DNA of 64,000 nucleotides from Laetmonice hystrix (taxonomy: Eukaryota). The notes beneath the pieces were generated by a model. That model did no database searches and was not told the DNA's origin. It worked only from the letters and a program-made list of their open reading frames with translations. This document shows, one piece after another, positions 60,301 to 64,000 of the stretch. Numbering within the stretch: the first letter of the stretch is position 1; each line of letters begins with the position of its first letter. The DNA is taken from assembly GCA_965235115.1 (NCBI GenBank), contig OZ249443.1, forward strand, positions 9,424,001 through 9,488,000, given 5' to 3'. The position numbers and the translations under genes were made by a program.

Positions 60301-62644
60301 TATAAATTTATGTTCATTAAGTTTATAGAAAGACGGAGGGTAGGAATTGCATTCAGGTAATATCATTCGTAGCATTGGGAATAAATGCGTTTGAAACATA
60401 ACGGTTTAAACGCTCGCTTTACTGTATTCTTCTCAAGATGTTATAGTATGCGCGTTCTATCTGCTCGTGCCATTGGGGGGGGGGGGGGGGTGCCATACGG
60501 TAGTCCGTATGGAACACGTGTTCCATATGGACGGATTTGATTGTACACGTTACTGGGTGATGCGACCTTAACTATGAGGGCCTATAGAAACGCCGGATCA
60601 TGTATTATAAATTACGCTAGGCTGTTCCAACAGCAGGCCCCACCCCCCAGTCTGCTACCACTTTGTAAGCACCGTGACTGTAGAAAAATGGGGGAGGGTG
60701 TCCACTTGACAAACCGCCCAGTCACGTGACTCTGCGGATAGACTATAGCTATCGGAACGACCAAGCCATTTCCGGTGTACTTTGCATTCGGAAACTAGAA
60801 TTCTAGTTCCCGAAAGCAGAGTAAACCGGAAATGGCTAGGTCGTTCCGATTGAGACTATAGGTACAAGCTAATAAATGCTTATTTGTTGTTAATTCTTGT
60901 TTACTGTTGGCTCTTTTCCTCAAATTAGAAATATTTTCATGTATTCAATGTATTCATGCCCCAGCAATCGAGTTCCATACTTTCCCGCAGTGAAGTACCC
61001 TGTTACGTACACTGCAGTACCACTGCCGCCATCTGTCGGGATAGGTTGCCACTGAAAGATATGCCACCTTTCACGAGTGGAAACATCAACCTTTAAAGAT
61101 AAACATGCTCCCGAGTGCTGAGGCTTCTTTGTGGGAACCTCGGCTTAGTATTATATGAATCACCTTAAAACGCAGACTACAAGTAGATAATGCTGTTTTT
61201 TTTTACATTGTCATTTTGCCAGGAATAGACATCAGACACAATAGATTTAATGTCGCTTCAATAATGTCTGATGATCTCAAGCCATTCCTGGCCATTCATA
61301 TTTGGTGGCATCCTGGAGGTAATACAATGCCTGCTAGAGATACCGGATGGACCATTGTAGTTACCAGAAACTCCTGTATCCATGCAACATTTAATCTCAG
61401 CGTCTACCACTTGCCGATACCCCCTCCCATCCCCATTTTATTGTTAGAGCTTTACGCCCATACTTTGCGTCCATCATATTAAAAATTGTCAGAATATGCC
61501 GCGGTCACCGTCAACGTGTGTGAGTGAATTGAAAGTTTACGTCGTGTCGACAGTCACGTCAAGAAATTGGCATTTCTCTCGTTATAACCAAACTAATAAT
61601 CCTCCTGTGAAGTATCATTAATCCTTTGTATTTAGAATGTAACGTTTTACTCGGCAATTGTTAAATAATATTGTTCTTTGCTTAAAGAATGTCAGAATCA
61701 GTTATTAAAGAAGATTGTTCGTGTCACATCAGCCCTCCGGAGAGTATTTATCGCCACTCTGTATGTTGCAGTCGCCCCCATAACAGATAGATGAATTTAA
61801 CCAAAAAATCTACTGCGTCCTTAAAAATACTTGTTTAAATCTGGAGTACCTTCAGATCCAGTCGAGTACTCTCATCCTCTCACGTGACACGTGATCCCAC
61901 GTGAACCGTGAGTGTCACGTGTGTCTAACGTCACAGTATATTTTCACATTCAAACTACAACTTAATACGAAAAGCTGATCAGACGTACGCCTACTTCAAA
62001 CCTTTCTTAACACAAGAAGTCAACTAACACAAATTGATCTCTTGAACAACTAAAACTAAGGATGCACGCATGCAGCTTGATTCAGGCTTCTCAAGGCGAC
62101 ACAGTACGAGTTCAGTTGTGCCCGCAGATCCTGCTGAGCGAAAATCTCGCGTCGTATTCTCTACAGCGAGATATAGCGGGAGCCACTGCGCATGGGCAGA
62201 GTGAAGGAAAGGGAAAGTTATATGCAAGGAATGCTAGATGCCTGTCAGTCAGTAAGAAAATTATGTCCTTTTTAACGTAATGTTTTGATCAGTTAGTGGA
62301 ATGCAACTACTGCTAACCCTTATAGTTGCAAAAGCTACTATTAAAAGCTTTATCATGCATGTACAGTACTGAGTACAAGCGATGTATTTAAATATCCTAC
62401 GTTCAGAGGTTCTGCGCAAATCTAGAAGCCATTAAAAATCTTATGTGTGATATCCAAAGTGAGATTGGAAGCAGTAGAAAGGTGTGAAGCTTGGTTAGAG
62501 ATTGGGTGTGGTCTAAATGTTGGTAGATTTGTTTACAGAGGCATTCAAGCGACCGTTGAACTCCCTACTGACCTTTCGTTCTCTGTAGGAGTTCGTTGAG
62601 GGTTTTGTCCAGTCGGAGAAGAATGTCCCTCAAACTGTCTCTAT
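48269..62644 (-). CDS. Micro-exon gene encoding a repetitive, probably secreted peptide precursor (partial; span of supported exons)
   Basis: At least 15 AG/GT-bounded exons, all multiples of 3 nt, all phase 1-1, with no stops when joined. Recurrent DG(S/P)(I/L/V)PY..KR(N/Q)E motif; nucleotide variation at conserved residues is synonymous. Confidence 0.8.
48496..48516 (-). CDS. Candidate 21-nt exon (E)GRNEIS
   Basis: Acceptor attctgcttcag; weak donor gtcttg; contains RNE. Confidence 0.3.
49298..49327 (-). CDS. Candidate 30-nt exon (A)FARHLRGER
   Basis: Acceptor ctttttgttctgtcatgtag, donor gtacag; phase 1-1 and open, but no homology to the other exons. Confidence 0.4.
50082..50117 (-). CDS. 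36-nt exon (G)HMTFRKLTHNE
   Basis: Long AG-free pyrimidine-rich tract ending ccattccaag; donor gtaggg; NE-G end as in the repeat exons. Confidence 0.6.
50360..50570 (-). mobile_element. About 210-bp Harbinger-like MITE (intronic), TTA TSD
   Basis: TIR AGTGCT(A/G)AACCCAC(C/A)AAGGCGATTCCCCTTGCGAC; TTA on both sides; interior homologous to 22148-22356. Confidence 0.75.
50663..50701 (-). CDS. 39-nt exon (D)GPVPYRTIKRQE
   Basis: Acceptor tttgtccacgacag, donor gtacgt; clear diverged paralogue of the DGSIPYR..KRNE exons. Confidence 0.8.
51927..51971 (-). CDS. 45-nt exon (G)ETSEVERNWASSNP
   Basis: CTAAC branch-like motif plus ttaccttccag acceptor; donor gtttgt; ends AACCCAG. Confidence 0.55.
52342..52398 (-). 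CDS. 57-nt exon (E)SRGYNSASTPPCTTHRNP
   Basis: Acceptor cttttcttccag, donor gttagt; open in phase 1; ends AACCCAG like the next exon. Confidence 0.55.
53938..53967 (-). CDS. 30-nt exon (D)GSLPYKRNE
   Basis: Acceptor tttccggccttgcag, donor gtgagg; same peptide as 58096-58125 with six synonymous codon changes. Confidence 0.85.
54641..54691 (-). CDS. 51-nt exon (D)GSIPYRSLSDTLKRNE
   Basis: Acceptor tttacag, donor gtagtt. Confidence 0.85.
54989..55039 (-). CDS. 51-nt exon (D)GSIPYRSLSGNLKRNE
   Basis: Acceptor attacag, donor gtattt. Confidence 0.85.
55208..55258 (-). CDS. 51-nt exon (D)GSIPYRSLSDNLKRNE
   Basis: Acceptor tttacag, donor gtagtt. Confidence 0.85.
55587..55637 (-). CDS. 51-nt exon (D)GSIPYRSLRENLKRNE
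   Basis: Acceptor attccag, donor gtactt. Confidence 0.85.
55920..55970 (-). CDS. 51-nt exon (D)GSIPYRNLKENLKRNE
   Basis: Acceptor gttacag, donor gtactt. Confidence 0.85.
56266..56316 (-). CDS. 51-nt exon (D)GSIPYRRLSANLKRNE
   Basis: Acceptor tttacag, donor gtatct. Confidence 0.85.
56539..56589 (-). CDS. 51-nt exon (D)GSIPYRSLGDNLKRNE
   Basis: Acceptor tttacag, donor gtattt. Confidence 0.85.
58096..58125 (-). CDS. 30-nt exon (D)GSLPYKRNE
   Basis: Acceptor ttttcattacag, donor gtaagc. Confidence 0.85.
59296..59331 (-). CDS. 36-nt exon (D)EQVSYSHKRNE
   Basis: Acceptor tttttgtctctttcag, donor gtaggt; KRNE end. Confidence 0.8.
60743..60861. mobile_element. About 120-bp palindromic MITE-like hairpin (intronic)
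   Basis: Arms ATCGGAACGACC(A/T)AGCCATTTCCGGT..ACTAGAA are mirrored around GAATTC; CTATAG at both ends. Confidence 0.65.
62573..62644 (-). CDS. 72-nt exon (D)RDSLRDILLRLDKTLNELLQRTK
   Basis: Acceptor ttttgattgcag, donor gtcagt; same length and DR..LR..L..L.K pattern as exon 48269-48340. Confidence 0.7.
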
Positions 62645-63139
62645 CTGCAATCAAAACCAGCAAGACGAGCTGTAAGCAGCGCCACCTGTTGTCATATCTA
62701 AAGCTTGAACACAAACGAAAGTTCTAGAATGAGGACGTCACAATGAGCGGACGTATGGTATCAGTCAACATAACGAACGCTATTGTCTGTTCGTCCAAGC
62801 AACCGAAGGCGTCAGAAAAAGTAGCTTGAGGTTACGATGCTGGCCTGTAATAAATAATCAGATGAAATCGTTCAGTGTCCGTGTCTCATTATGGTCCTTT
62901 CATTCAGTCGTCTCTTGATAACCATAGAGACTCGAAAGCAACCTGTCATAATGTCCTATCTTTTTTTCGTAACAGCTGGCACCCTCGGCTAAATTTTTGC
63001 GTGCCTTTCCTCTGTGACATTTAGACCCAAAATATATCTGATTGATATCGTCTAGATACTTGTACTTGATTTTACAAAGACTTCTGTAGTTCACATAGTG
63101 TCTATGCCTCATAGCTATGTCTATGCCTCATGCGTGTAG

Positions 63140-63196
63140 TTTTTCTTTCTTTCTTTCTTTCTTTCTTTTCTTCTTTCCTTTCTTTTCTTTCTTTCT
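63140..63196. repeat. (TTTC)n-like microsatellite
   Basis: Pyrimidine tandem tract. Confidence 0.85.
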
Positions 63197-64000
63197 ATAA
63201 AATGGACCGTGTGTCAATCGATAGATATATCAAGGTGCCGGGGCGTTGCCCTACACCCCCTCATAATTATATCGATATGGATGGTGGTAAGAGTCAGGGA
63301 GGCGCGCCAGGTGTGGGGACTGTTTGATGACGGTCGGTTACACGTGACGTCGCCTACAGACAGACTTTCAACACGACTCCATTTACTGTCGTCAAAACCT
63401 ACCGAGATAGTCAGGCACCTTCCGTGGGGCAGTATGGGCGACACAAAACCGAAACAAGATCCGGTAAAACCAATCAGAATATGTGGCAGTGAAACATGAC
63501 CAATTCTGAACAGAGATCGGAGGGTTTAGCCTAGGATGAGTTGGAGAGCAAGTAAATTGTTCATGAGAACGCCATTTAGCTGGAGATTCAGGGAACAGAG
63601 AGGGACTTAGGAACTAATTTGTTCTCTGTTCCGAAACTTTCGTAAAGGCAACCAGATAATCCGACACTACTATGAAAGGTACGGCCTTTTCTGCCAGCCA
63701 ACCTATAGGGCTGTCATGAAACCCCCTCCCCCTGAAAATCCTGGATGCATTACTGAGTTTGGTGTGCGCGTAAAGACATCTCATGACCAATCACTTAGGG
63801 GAAATAATGATAGCGACACGCTCCGAAATATCATCAAAACAATACGGGTTACAACCCTTCTCTATTAATAACCTAACCCGTGATGGCGACCATTACTGTT
63901 GAAAATGTAAGGAATTACGGAACAAATAGAATTATATTTCTTATTTTTTCCTTTGTGTGTTTCCCTCTCTTTCATGCGTTCTCCCCTTCCATCCTTCCCT

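Noticed and set aside
63390-63510. Possible signal-peptide exon upstream of 62644
   Set aside because: No ATG-led hydrophobic stretch ending in a phase-1 donor was found. The 5' exon is probably outside the window or unresolved.
1-64000. tRNA/rRNA genes
   Set aside because: None recognised; the only tRNA-related signal is the retrotransposon PBS.

Overview
This is animal (probably invertebrate) genomic DNA; the taxon cannot be determined from the sequence. The main finding is a minus-strand micro-exon gene at about 48.3-62.6 kb that the ORF track misses. At least 15 small exons (30-72 nt) are all symmetric phase 1-1 with AG/GT boundaries. They splice into a repetitive precursor-like protein with KR dibasic sites: DRDSLRDILLRLDKTLNELLQRTK-DEQVSYSHKRNE-DGSLPYKRNE-(DGSIPYRxLxxxLKRNE)x7-DGSLPYKRNE-...-DGPVPYRTIKRQE-GHMTFRKLTHNE-...-DRTNLRAVLDFLNKLQGHAQKRDH. 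Its 5' (signal peptide) and 3' ends are unresolved. The rest of the window is mostly transposon-derived. A multi-level nest of PIF/Harbinger-type elements with a decayed transposase lies at 2.4-5.4 kb. A 5.9-kb TIR element holds a 5.3-kb C-rich 23-bp minisatellite (11-16.8 kb). A young BEL/Pao LTR retrotransposon (34.5-42.2 kb, LTRs identical over 160 bp) has its integrase split by a 5'-truncated LINE. Several MITEs, LINE relics, microsatellites and two N gaps (21486-21616, 45345-45476) are also present. All family calls come from reading motifs by eye; no database search was run.
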